NCBI RefSeq assembly: GCF_006345805.1
Contig: NC_043022.1
Coordinates: 19,654,001-19,718,000 of the forward strand
Source: Octopus sinensis
Lineage: Eukaryota
Direction: 5' to 3'
DNA length: 64,000 nt
Below are positions 51,024 to 63,723 of the stretch, piece after piece. The first letter of the stretch is position 1, and each line of letters opens with the position of its first letter. The notes below the pieces were generated by a model that had not been told where the DNA came from, did not search any database, and worked only from the letters and a program-made list of their open reading frames with translations. The position numbers were made by a program, and so were the translations under genes.

Positions 51024-51087
<64 letters not shown>

Positions 51088-51149
51088 TTTGTTGTTGTGA
51101 TCGTTGTTATTGTTGCAATTTGATTTTATCTTGCTTGTTGATGTGCAGT

Positions 51150-51665
51150 CTTTGACCTGAATAATTCCTTCTTTGTTGGCCGTAAGAGCTGCGGAAAACA
51201 TTGAGAACAATACACAGACAGATGACAAATGATTCACATAGAAAACTTGTGAATAATAACTAATAAATAAATGAACGACAACAATTGACAAAGAAAAATT
51301 CGAACGAACAAATTCCCCCAATAAGAGGAAACGCCACCAAGGGGAAAACCAGGAACCTCACAGACCCTGATCCCACTTACTCATCAAGAATACTATAGCA
51401 AGAGCTCCTTTCTCCTCCTTACACTTCCTTACTCATTCTATAAGCGCCGGTTTAGAGTGGGTCCACTCACTTAGACCATCGTCACCACATTCACCTTCCT
51501 ATCAGTAAATTTACTTAGTAGGATAGAAGTAGGGGACAGTACATCTCCTTGAACTCAGAAATCTCTTTTCAAATACAATTTTTAAAAGGCCAAAGAGGGC
51601 TTGGTCAAAGAGGAAAGCGTCTGTCCGAAGTCCTTTCGATCTCTTCACTACACAATTTCTTTAGC
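51150..51665 (-). mobile_element. Degenerate Tx1/L1-like LINE 3' end
   Basis: Broken frame ...KGLRTDAFL.DQAL...LKRDF.V..DVLSP...KFTDRKVNVVTMV.VSGPTLNRRL followed by a T-rich 3' UTR. Confidence 0.5.
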
Positions 51666-51684
51666 CATAGCCCTACGTTTCGGA

Positions 51685-52594
51685 CAGTGGTTTTCAACCA
51701 GAGTCCATATGGCCTTTGAAGGGTAGGGTCTACGCAATGAAATAAATCGGGAATCCGCAGTAATATTTTAAGGGCCCCTGAATAAATTTTGCTTTCGATG
51801 TATGTATTGGTATGTATTGCACGAAACAACTGGGTTTCTTTTTTCAATATTTTACATCGTTCAACCTACACAAGTGAATGTGTGGAAAACAAAACAGGAA
51901 GTCCATATGGCCTTTTAAAGTGGGGGTCTACGCAATGAAATAAATCGGGAATCCGCAGTAATATTTTAAGGGCCCCTGAATAAATTTTGCTTTAGATGTA
52001 TGTATTGGTATGTATTGCACGAAACAGCTGGGTTTCTTTTTTCAACATTTTACATCGTTCAACCTACACAAGTGAATGTGTGGAAAACAAAACAGGAAGT
52101 CCATATGGCCTTTTAAGGTGGGGGTCTACGCAATGAAATAAATCGGGAATCCGCAGTAATATTTTAAGGGCCCCTGAATAAATTTTGCTTTAGATGTATG
52201 TATTGGTATGTATTGCACGAAACAGCTGGGTTTCTTTTTTCAACATTTTACATCGTTCAACCTACACAAGTGAATGTGTGGAAAACAAAACAGCAAGTCC
52301 ATATGGCCTTTTAAGGTGGGGGTCTACGCAATGAAATAAATCGGGAATCCGCAGTAATATTTTAAGGGCCCCTGAACAAATTTTGTTTTAGATGTATGTA
52401 TTGCAAGAAACAGCTGGGTTTCTTTTTTCAATATTTTACATCATTCAACCTACACAAGTGAATGTGTGGAAAACAAAACAGGAACTTTGAAAGAAGTTTC
52501 TATAAAACTAGATTTTAAACATCGAATAGCTATGGCAGTCCACCAGAATAAAAATAGTAATCAAAGGGGTTAATAAAATGGTTGAAAACCCCTA
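51685..52594 (+). mobile_element. hAT-type MITE with four tandem 198-bp units
   Basis: CAGTGGTTTTCAACC ... GGTTGAAAACCCCTA termini; units at 51703, 51901, 52099 and 52297. Confidence 0.75.
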
Positions 52595-52609
52595 GTCTAC
52601 TCCTTAGTC

Positions 52610-52953
52610 CAGTGGTTCTCAACTGGGGTTCATATAAGATTTGGGGAAGTGTGAGGGGTCACAAAGCAAAATAGTAAATTGGGGATCTACAATAATATTC
52701 TAAGGGCTTTGAAAAAGATTTTCTTTAGATGTATGTATTGGGGTGAATTGTAAGAAACAGGTTTCCTTCTCTAACATTTTACGTAGTTCAACCTACACAA
52801 ATTAATGTGTGAAAAACAAGATAGAAATTTTGAAAGTTTCTATAAAAATAGTTTTTAAATGTCGAATGGTTATGGAGGCGGGGAAGGGGGACACCATAAT
52901 AAAATAGGAATCGAAGGGGTCCATAGATTAAAAAAAACAGTTGAGAAGCGCTG
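52610..52953 (+). mobile_element. Related hAT-type MITE (single unit)
   Basis: CAGTGGTTCTCAACT ... AGTTGAGAAGCGCTG; internal similarity to the 198-bp unit. Confidence 0.7.
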
Positions 52954-53133
52954 GTTTCGACTGAGATTGAAATATAAATGTGTGGTTGTGTGGTAAGTAG
53001 CTTGTTTACCAACCACATGGTTCCGGGTTCAGTCCCACTGCGTGGCGCCTTGTGCGAGTGTCTTCTACTATAGCCTCGGGCCCACCAAAATTTTATGAGT
53101 GAATTTGGTCAACAGAACCTGAAAAAAGCCCTG

Positions 53134-53185
<52 letters not shown>

Positions 53186-54210
53186 ACTATCTATCTATCT
53201 GTCTATCTATCCATCCATCCATCCATCCATCTATCTATCTTTCTAGCTGTTTATCTATCGATCTCTATCCTTGTGTATGTGTATGTGTCTGTCCCCAACA
53301 ACGCTTGGCAACCGGTGTTGGTTGGTTTAGGTCTTCGTAACTTAGCAGTTCGGCCAAAAGAATACTTAGTTGGGTCGATGTGTTTGATTAAAACTATCAA
53401 GGCTGTGCCCCAGCATGTTCACAGTCTATTGACTGATAATAGATGCTCGAAATGAGGAGTAGATAGACAGCCGACAACTGGTGAAATGTCGTTCTCCGTG
53501 TTTACTTGTCCTGTTTTCCGTTTTTTCGTATTTCATGTTGTTTTTGCAGTTGGTGACGTCCTGCACCCATATATGCATATGTATATATATATATTTTTAA
53601 AATTAAGGATAAAATTTTTATAAGAAATTATCAGTAGGTAGCGTGAAAAACTTCGTAAGAGAAAAAATCCGTAAATTTTTCCACTTTGAGCAAAGAATGC
53701 ATATTCTGCATTGATTGCGAAATCACAGGTGATATGTAACTAAATTCTGTTTTTAAATGACTTGCGTTGAATGGTCGAAATGAGGAGTAGATAGATAGCC
53801 AACAACTGTGTTTACTTGTCCTGTTTTCCATTTTTTTCTCTTGTTTATTATATATATATATATATATATATACATATATATATGTATATCACGTGATCAC
53901 GTGACCGACCAGACCATCAGATGTTGCTACACATCGCTGGTCACGATGCGTTTGCATTGTTTTAGCCTTCGAATGACGCCACCCCGCTGGCTAAGCGAGC
54001 AGGCCAACAGAAGAAAGGGTGAGAGAAAGAGTGGGAGAAAGAGTGGTGAAAGAGTACAGCATGGATCACCACCCCCTGCCGGAGCATCGTGGAGCTTTTA
54101 GGTGTTTTCGCTCAATAAACACTCACAACGCCCGGTCTAGGAATCGAAACTGCGATCCTACGACCGCGAGTCTGCTGCCCCAACCACTAGGCCATTATAT
54201 ATATATAACA

Positions 54211-54610
54211 AAGAGTGAAAATCTACAGAATGTTTGTGTTATATAAGGTTAAAGAATATATATAAGTCGTTATGTTAGAAAAATGTTATAAAATTTTTTT
54301 GTATATTACCATAGTTTTTGGAGAAATAACCGGTTTCGTATAGTCTTTTCAAATTTTTCAAATTTCTTTACCTACATGGTGTCATGTCTTCACTATGTAG
54401 GTAAAGAAATTTGAGAAATTTGAAAAGAAAATACGATACAGCATAGCCACAGCTCGTGAGCTGAAACTAGAATCAATCAATCGAATCAATCAACCGGTTA
54501 TTTTTCCAAAATCTATGTTAATATGCATAAAATTTTATAACATTTTCTAACATAACGTCTGAAATATATTCTTTAACCTTGTAACACAAGCCTTCTGTAG
54601 TTTTTTCACT
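54211..54610. repeat. Foldback hairpin element with ~170-bp arms
   Basis: Centre ...TTTACCTACAT-ggtgtcatgtcttcact-ATGTAGGTAAA...; ~50-bp insert in the right arm (54440-54492). Confidence 0.8.
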
Positions 54611-54773
54611 CAGTTTCCGCCAACCAAATCAACTGACATGGGTTTGGTCGGCCCAAGTCTAAAGTAGAAGACACTTGCCCAGGGACTGAACCCGGAACCA
54701 TATGCTTGGCAAGCAAGTTTCTTAGCCCACAGCCACGCCCGCACCTACATATGTATACATATATACACACACA

Positions 54774-54813
<40 letters not shown>

Positions 54814-54822
54814 ATATATATA

Positions 54823-54863
<41 letters not shown>

Positions 54864-54905
54864 CATACATACACACACACATACATACATACATACATAC
54901 ATACA

Positions 54906-54941
<36 letters not shown>

Positions 54942-55098
54942 TGTACACATATATATACAAATATATATATACACAAAGATATATATATATACTTACATAC
55001 ATACAGTAGACCAAAAAAACACGTACGCCGCTATATGTGTGTATACACACACGCACACACACACACACACATATATATATGTATATATATGTATATAA

Positions 55099-55146
<48 letters not shown>

Positions 55147-55389
55147 ATAAACAAAAAATGGAACAAGAGCGTAACAGGCGGCAATAAAACATCCGGACAG
55201 TTACGCAATACAAAGAAGGACAGGAAAAAACAAGGACGGTCATTCGGAGCTTTCTACCTTCAGTCGAATTCCAGATCGTCGTTGCAGTTTCGGCCAGTTC
55301 GAAAGCAAGTAAATAAATACGAGAAAGATAGATAGACGGATTAGACAGAGACATACATACATACATACATACATACATACATACATACA

Positions 55390-55423
<34 letters not shown>

Positions 55424-55774
55424 CATACATACATACATACATATACAAACATGTATATAAATACATTTTGAAAGCAATAGAAATGGAAGTAAGATATATT
55501 GATACATAATGAAAGTAATAGAAATAGAAACTGCATTATAGTGAAAGTATTAATAGAGCTGTTTTAGTTTCACTTTTAACATGTAATAGGGAAACAGTAT
55601 CAGAGATAAGAAATTGCTCAGGGTTCGCATTAGTCAAGAAGTTGAAAAAATTTGGGGGCAGATGACACTACATGGACCCTAAATAAGACATGTGTAAATT
55701 TTGAGGGTAGTTCCCGACTTTTAGTGAAACAGACAGACGGACACGCACATTCTCAGTTTCATATATGTATATTC

Positions 55775-56242
<468 letters not shown>

Positions 56243-57087
56243 AGCTACTTACCACACAGCCATATATATACTCTTTTACTTGCTTCAGTCATTTGACTGC
56301 AGCCATGCTGGAGCACCGCCTTGATGGGTTTTAGTCAAACGAGTCAGCTTCTTTTCTATATCCTAGTACTTATTCTGTCGACCGCTTTTGCCGAACCGCT
56401 AGGTTATGTGGATGTAAACACATCAACACCTGTCGCCAAGTGGTAATGTGGGGGGGGGGAGTCAAACATAAACACAGACACATACACACGCACAATCACG
56501 CACGCACGCGCACACACACACGACGGGCTTTTCACTCATAAGGTTTTGGTCGGCTCGAGGCTGTAGTAGAAAACGACTTGTTCAAGTGCCACGCAGTGGG
56601 ACTGAACACGAGCCCGTGTGATTGGAAAACAAGCTTTTTAGCACACAGCAAAACCTGCGCCTATACACACACACACACACACACACACGTGTGTGTGTGT
56701 TCGTGAGTGTGTTCGTGTGTGTGTGTTTGTGTATTTGTGTGTGTGTGTGTATTTGAGTGTGGGTTCCCCAATCCCCCACTCGACAACCGGTGTTGGTGTG
56801 TTTACGTCCCCGAACTCTAGCGGTTCGGCAAAAGAGACTGATGGAATAGGCACGACTTTTACAGAAAAATAAATATTGGACTCGATTTGTCCCACCAGTA
56901 CCCTTGCAAGGCCTTTCCGAAGCACGGCCGCGGTACAATGCATGAAACACGACAAGGGACAGAGGTTAAAGAAAAGCAAAAGGGAGAAAGAAAGAGTAAG
57001 AAAGGCATAGAGAAAGAGAGAAAAAGATAGAAAGGTAGAGAGAAGAAAGAGAAAGAAAAGCAGACAGAAAGAGAGAAAGAATTAAAA

Positions 57088-57352
57088 AGCACCCACGACA
57101 CACTAGAATGAATGTCCCTTTTTGTTTAGCTAGAAGGATTTGCACCATAATATCAGACACAAACACCCGACACACACGTCTCCAGGAACTTAGAACCACA
57201 CTCACAAATAGAAACTATCCACAGCCCCTAATAGACAGTGCAATCCAACGGGTACTTAAATTAAGTATAGAAGACCTGAGACAAACAAAACCAAAAAAGA
57301 AAGAACAATTAAAAACCCTTCCCTACATCTCTACACACAACCCACTCAACAA
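57088..57352 (+). mobile_element. Duplicate PLE RT-thumb fragment
   Basis: Near-identical to 58457-58720 (MNVPFCLARRICTIIS...). Confidence 0.85.
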
Positions 57353-57740
57353 GTAGCTTGCTAACCAACCACATGGTTCCGGGTTCAGTCCCACTGCGTG
57401 GCATCTTGGGCAAGTGTCTTCTGCTATAGCCCCGGGCCGACCAATGCCTTGTGAGTGGATTTGGTAGATTGAAACTGAAAGAAGCCTGTCGTATATATGT
57501 ATATATATATATGTATGTGTGTGTTTGTGTGTTTGTGTGTCTGTGTTTGTCCCCCTAGCATTGCTTGACAACCGATGCTGGTGTGTTTACGTCCCCGTCA
57601 CTTAGCGGTTCGGCAAAAGACAGACCGATAGAATAAGTACTGGGTTTACAAAGAATAAGTCCCGGTGTCGATTTGCTCGACTAAAGGCGGTGCTCCAGCA
57701 TGGCCGCAGTCAAATGACTGAAACAAGTAAAAGAGTAAAA
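57353..57740 (+). mobile_element. SINE family A lacking its extreme 5' end
   Basis: Abuts the PLE fragment. Confidence 0.85.
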
Positions 57741-58387
57741 AAGCAACAGTCAACGTGCATCATATATTGTTGGGCGATAATCCATGCTTGAAATATACAA
57801 ACAGGAAATAGATTATGTCACAGCTTAGTCATAAATATTGCAGCCGTGACATGGTAGGAAAGAGAATTAAACGGGGAGAAAGAGGAAAGGGACATTTGAC
57901 GGATGTACATGTAATTGATTAACGATAATTTCAAAACTGGTATTAAAATCGACCAATCATATCTTAGGATTTAAATCCGTGTACATGTATCACGTGACCT
58001 TGGCAGTTTTTTTTTCTTTTCATCAAATTCTGAGGATAGAATTTTTATTTTTATCGAATTCCGAGAATTAACGTGAATAAATAAAAAACCGTACGTATTG
58101 TGAATATTGAACTGGCTGATTCATTACGTAACTGACTGACTCATTAGCTCAGCGGTTCTCAACCTTTCCACTACCCAGGATTATTTAAATGAGCTATAAA
58201 CATTATCAATGGCGCAGGAGTGGCTGTGTGGTAAGTAGCTTGCTAACCAACCACATGGTTCCGGGTTCAGTCCCACTGCGTGGCATCTTGGGCGAGTGTC
58301 TTCTGCTATAGCCCCGGGCCGACCAATGCCTTGTGAGTGGATTTGGTAGACGGAAACTGAAAGAAGCCTGCCGTATATATATATATG

Positions 58388-58440
<53 letters not shown>

Positions 58441-59473
58441 ACCCTTTGATTCATGCCACCCACGACACACTAGAATGAATGTCCCTTTTTGTTTAGCTAG
58501 AAGGATTTGCACCATAATATCAGACACAAACACCCGACACACACGTCTCCAGGAACTTAGAACCACACTCACAAATAGAAACTATCCACAGCCCCTAATA
58601 GACAGTGCAATCCAACGGGTACTTAAATTAAGTATAGAAGACCTGAGACAAACAAAACCAAAAAAGAAAGAACAATTAAAAACCTTCCCTACATCACTAC
58701 ACACAACCCACTCAACAATGAGGCCTTCAACACCATACTACAAAGCACAGCCCTACTAAAGGGAGACCCAAAGATGAACCGGATCCTCGAAACACACACC
58801 ATCATTAAAAGTAAACGGCAACCAAAATCCTTGAAAAGGATTTTAACCCAAGCTACACTGCACTCAACATCAACCACAAAACCAGCAGTTAGAAAATGTG
58901 GAAGGCCCAACTGCGGAATCTGTGTCATCTTGAAAGAAGGATCAGAATTTATACTGGAACAAGGCCACCAGTTCACCATTAGAACAAACTTCACCTGCGC
59001 ATCAGAAAACTTAATTTACGTCATAACATGCGCAGGCTGCAATAGGCAGTATATAGGCCATACAAAAAATAGCTTACGTAACAGGATGGCGGTGCATAAA
59101 TCACAAATTAGAAACCCTGATTACCGCAAAATACCGGTCAGCGGACACATAGATAGATGTGCTGGAAATGTAAATCCGAAATTTACAACTAACCCGCTCT
59201 ATAAATTCAGTGACAACGCAACCTTCACACAACGCCAAAATAAAGAACTATATTTCATAAAAAAATTTAGACCAAGTTTAAACACCCTGGGCCAGGAATA
59301 CTAAAACAAAAGATAAGTCCTCCGAAAAGGAGAAGCAAAATTCCACCACGGCCGCTACTTCAAACAGACACTCACTCTGACGGAAATATGCCTTAGTAAA
59401 AAAGGGAAAAAAATTCTTTCGTGCAAATCTGACCCTGATACATACGATACAGCTATGGGTCAGACCCGATTCT

Positions 59474-59920
59474 GATTGGTCAACAAGTTGATGACGTCTA
59501 GCTCTGCTAGAATGGACAGGATCCAAACAGGGGACAGTCATTAGTCAGAATATTGATGACGTCCTTTTCTGCTTGAATAGTCACCTAACAAGTACAGACA
59601 GGGGGCAGATCTAATGTAGCTATAAGTCGTGATTGGGCAGAATCTGGATGACGTCCCGTTCTGCTTGACTAACGAAGCGACTGGTCAAAACAGGAAACAA
59701 ACAAGAGGCAGTTATAATGCAGCGATTGGTCAAAATAATGATGACGTCCCGTTCTACTTGACTAAAGCCACCTAACGAAACGATTGGTCAAAACGTTGAT
59801 GACGTCACGCTACACTGGATTGACCACCTAACAGGCATTATAAAACCGAGCACTTCACAAAAACTCACTAGAACCACCCAGCGAACATCCACCATGGGTC
59901 ATCACATTTGCTTAAGGTAA
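59474..59920 (+). promoter_or_regulatory. PLE pLTR promoter: ATTGG-N12-TGACGTC array, TATA, Inr, Kozak ATG, splice donor
   Basis: Five units (one ATTAG); TATAAAA 59839; CTCACT with A at 59867; CCACCATGG with ATG at 59894; AAG|GTAAAA after 59916. The copy at 40468-41010 has six units. Confidence 0.65.
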
Positions 59921-60169
59921 AAATGAATTCCTCGCTCTTTCGGAAACATCAATCTTCTGTATTGACCGCCCTCCACCACTTTGATCTGTTTTTTGTATTG
60001 AATACGTATCGCCACCGTGGGCCACTGCATCGAACACTTTGAACATATACTTCAAACTATATATCAACTATACATGAACTATATATCAACTATACATGAA
60101 CTCTAAGATGTCTGACTCCGTTGTGTATTATAAATGAATTTCTTGTGTTTGACGGCATGAGCTGTCTTT

Positions 60170-60238
60170 TTTTATATATAACTTTTTTTGATAAGGTTCA
60201 TTTCAGGAACTGAAACATGTTATAATGTATATATAAAA
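60170..60238 (+). ncRNA. Minimal type-I hammerhead ribozyme fold (U3:A8 variant), second copy
   Basis: UUGAUAA (60188-60194), GGUUC auuucag GAACU, GAAA, CAUG, U-U. Confidence 0.65.
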
Positions 60239-60286
60239 TTAAAAATTGTATAATACAGCAGCATTTTCGAACTTCATGTTTTACAA

Positions 60287-60358
<72 letters not shown>

Positions 60359-60636
60359 TGTGTGTGTGTGTGTGTCTGTGTTTGTCCCCCTAGCATTGCT
60401 TGACAACCGATGCTAGTGTGTTTACGTCTCCGTCACTTAGCGGTTCGGCAAAAGAGACCGATAGAATAAGTACTAGGCTTACAAAGAAGAAGTCCCGGTG
60501 TCGAGTTGCTCGACTAAAAAGGTGGTGCTCCAGCATGGCCGCAGTCAAAATGACTGAAACAAGTAAAAGAGTAAAGAGTAATGGAGGTTATGATCGTAAA
60601 GTAAAACCAGGCGGTATCGATCTTAACTGAAAAGGC

Positions 60637-61052
60637 GGCGAGCTGGCAGAAACGTTAGCACGCCGGGCGAAATGCTTTGTGGTATTTCGTCTGCCGTTGC
60701 GTTCTGAGTTCAAATTCCACCGAGGTCGACTTTGCCTTTCATCCTTTCGGGGTGGCTTAAATAAGTACCAGTTACGCACTGGGGTCGATGTAATCGACTT
60801 AATCGGTTTGTCTGTCCTTGTTTGTCTCTTCTATGTTTATCCCCTTGTGGGTAATAAAGAAATAGGTATTTTGTCTGCCGTTACGTTCTGAGTTCAAATT
60901 CCGCCGAGGTCGACTTTGCCTTTCATCCTTTCGGGGTCGATAAATTAAGTACCAGTTACGCACTGGGGTCGATATAATCGACTTAATCCGTTTGTCGGTC
61001 CTTGTTTGTCTCCTCTGTGTTTAGCCCCTTGTGGGTAGTAAAGAAATAGGTA
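60637..61052 (+). mobile_element. Family-C SINE with a tandemly duplicated body
   Basis: Head GGCGAGCTGGCAGAAACG, then two ~180-bp bodies. Confidence 0.8.
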
Positions 61053-62399
61053 TCAATCTTAACTGAAGAACAGCATTTGTTTGAACGGAAGCTACTCAAA
61101 CGTTTTGTGAACAAGAAAAGTTCTTGTGAAAGAGCGGTAGCAAGAAAAAGTGTTCACAATTGACTTACTCTAATTCAGTCGCCCGATGACACTCGCTGAC
61201 GATACATCGAAGAGGCCAGGGAACAGAAGAAAGAAGAAGAAAGAAGACATGCACCCAACACCAGAGCTGAAGACACCTCCGAAAGCGGGGTACCCCGGCA
61301 CGTCAAAACGGTAGAGGAGTAGGGGCCGAAACCGGACGTGATTCCTCCTGATGATGTCTTGAGCTAACTGGATCTTATAAAGGAGCTGTTGTGGTAGTAG
61401 ACCACGAAACATGGTTGAAATTCCCCGTTTATCTTCGTATACACACGGACTAAGTTACCGAGGAAAACAACTTACTTATGAAAAAAATTACACATTTCGC
61501 TCATCACCACATCCCCTTCTCTCCTAGTTCCTCTCTCCTCCCGCTCCCCTGTCACTATCTCTCCCTCTCCTCTACCTCTATCCCCCCTATTTCCTGCCTC
61601 CCTCCCCTTCCACTGAATTTCGTGGAAGCGTTACAGACGGGCTAAGTAACGGAGTAACAAGCAGAGTTATTAAGATGGTTTTATGTAAATACCTGTTTCA
61701 AATTTTGGCACAAGGCTAGCAATTATTGTGGTAAGGGATTAGTTGATTTCATCGAATCTAGCAACTGACTGGCATTTTATTTTATTGACCATGAAAGGAT
61801 GAAAGGCAAAGTTGACTTCGGCGTGATTTGAACTCGAAATGTAAAGAACTAGGAGAAATACAGCAAAGCATTTTTCTCTAACGTGCTAATCGATTCTCCC
61901 ACTTCGCCTCCTTTTTTCCATGTACATAGAAATAATCCTTTCTACTGTAGGCACAAGGGCTGAAATTTTGGAAGTCGAAGATAGTCGATTACAACAACCC
62001 CAGTGCTTAACTGGTACTTATTTTCTGGACCCTAAAAGGACGAAAGGCAATGTCGACCTCGGCGGAACTTGAGTTCAGAACATAAAGATGGACGAAATGC
62101 CGCAAAGCGCTTCGCCCGGCGTGCTTAACGATTCTATCAGCTGGACGCTTTATACAAATAGCAATATCATACAATATTTTTATATTATACGAAAATAATA
62201 ATAAAAGGGTGATTATAAAGTGCCTTTACAAGTCGAAAAATCCAGAGAAGTGGAGGTTAATTCAACAGGTTGCGTACAACCGATGGAACCTACGTGGACT
62301 CTTCTAATATTTCTAATAAAAAAACATATTTTTGCCAATGTTTTCCTATAACCCCTGCTACTTCTACCGCTTCATGTTCTTGCTTGATGAGACTGAGGT

Positions 62400-62785
62400 C
62401 ACCTCAGGGTAGTGGTCCCAAAGATCTCATCCTGCATAGAGCCGACCAAGTTCACCATTGCTCTCCATCATTATCGGTCCTACTCCAGACCCTCTGCATT
62501 CTCCAAGGTGACGTCAAGCCTCTGGAGAGCTTCCGCAACCACGCCCAGACATCTGGTGCGGGGCTTGTCACGAGGCCTCTCCCAGCCTGCAGCTGCTGCG
62601 CCGAATGAGAGTTAAGCTCTGTTAGAGTGGTCTTCCAGAAGACGGAGGACAAGTTTGTATCAGCGCATGCGTCAGATAGCTGTGAAGTGGGAAGCTTCGG
62701 GCTGATGTGTGCGTGCACACAGTTCTTTGTTGGAAACGTGGTGGTACCATGTGATGTTCTCAAGGCTCTGCTATTATCTCTGCTG
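62400..62785 (-). mobile_element. Degenerate RTE-clade LINE 3' end
   Basis: ENITWYHHVSNKELCART...GWERPRDKPRTRCLGVVAEALQRL with in-frame stops. Confidence 0.7.
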
Positions 62786-63723
62786 AGTGTTCCTTATATT
62801 TTTATGTTTTTTTCTGAATGTTTCAAATTGTAAATATGATTTACGGACACACAGTATACTAATATGATGATGTTTATAAATAATCCTTTCTATTATAGGC
62901 ACAATGCCCGAAGGCTTGGGGGAGGGGACTAGTCGATGAATGCCAAAGTCGACCGCGGCGGATTTTGAATTGAGAGCGTAGCGACGGGAGAAATACCTAT
63001 TTCTATTTCTCTACTACCCACAAGGGGCTAAACACAGAGAGGACAAACAAGGACAGACAAACGGATTAAGTCGATTATATCTGGTACTTATTTAATCGAC
63101 CCCGAAAGGATGAAAGGCAAAGTCGACCTCGGCGGAATTTGAACTCAGAACGTAGCGGCAGACGAAATACCGCTAAGCATTTCGCCCAGCGCGCTAACGT
63201 TTCTGCCAGCTCGCCGCCTCTGATGTTCATAAATAATAAAGCAATCAAAAGCCAGCCATCACAGAAAGAGGTTGCGAAGCTTTGCAATGGAATTTATAGA
63301 CAGTAATCTTTAAGGGGATGATGTATAAGTAGGCTATAAAGACCGGAACTCGGTTACACGAAGCTTTTAAAGGTGTCAATTGGTCAGAGGGAGAAAGAAG
63401 GTTATAGTCAGCCAAATATGAGTCACAACTTCCCTCGACTCTCTCAGTAGCTCACTTTATTTTCTTCTTAGAACTTTACTCCGTCTCTATCTGTAATTAC
63501 TACTACACAGCGCCGGGAATACAAACACAAACTATACAAGGAAAATCAACGACATCTATCTTTACTTCGCATGCTTTTCCATTTACCAGTTATACATACC
63601 AACCCGTCGTGGTTTGGGATTGTTTGACAATGTAACAGTAAATAAATATTTTCATTCACTGTTCTTTCATTTTTACGTAATGGCAATCAACTAACAAGAA
63701 ACCATTACAAACTGATTTGGTTG

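Larger units (their letters stand above)
58439..60240 (+). mobile_element. 5'-truncated Penelope-like element: RT C-terminus, GIY-YIG endonuclease and pLTR
   Basis: HPRHTRMNVPFCLARRICTI (thumb); CGRPNCGIC and LIYVITC...YIGHT...RNRM..HK (GIY-YIG); frameshift near 58690; stop at 59304. Sits between a SINE-A head (58210-58438) and tail (60285-60580). Confidence 0.92.

Noticed and set aside
55240-55295. CUGAAGG...CCGAAUG hammerhead-like string on the minus strand (similar at ~17200)
   Set aside because: The core and stem II are too degenerate to support a call.
61170-61445. GC-richer coding-like stretch
   Set aside because: Multiple stops in the plus-strand frames examined and no splice support; probably a decayed retroelement piece, family not assignable.
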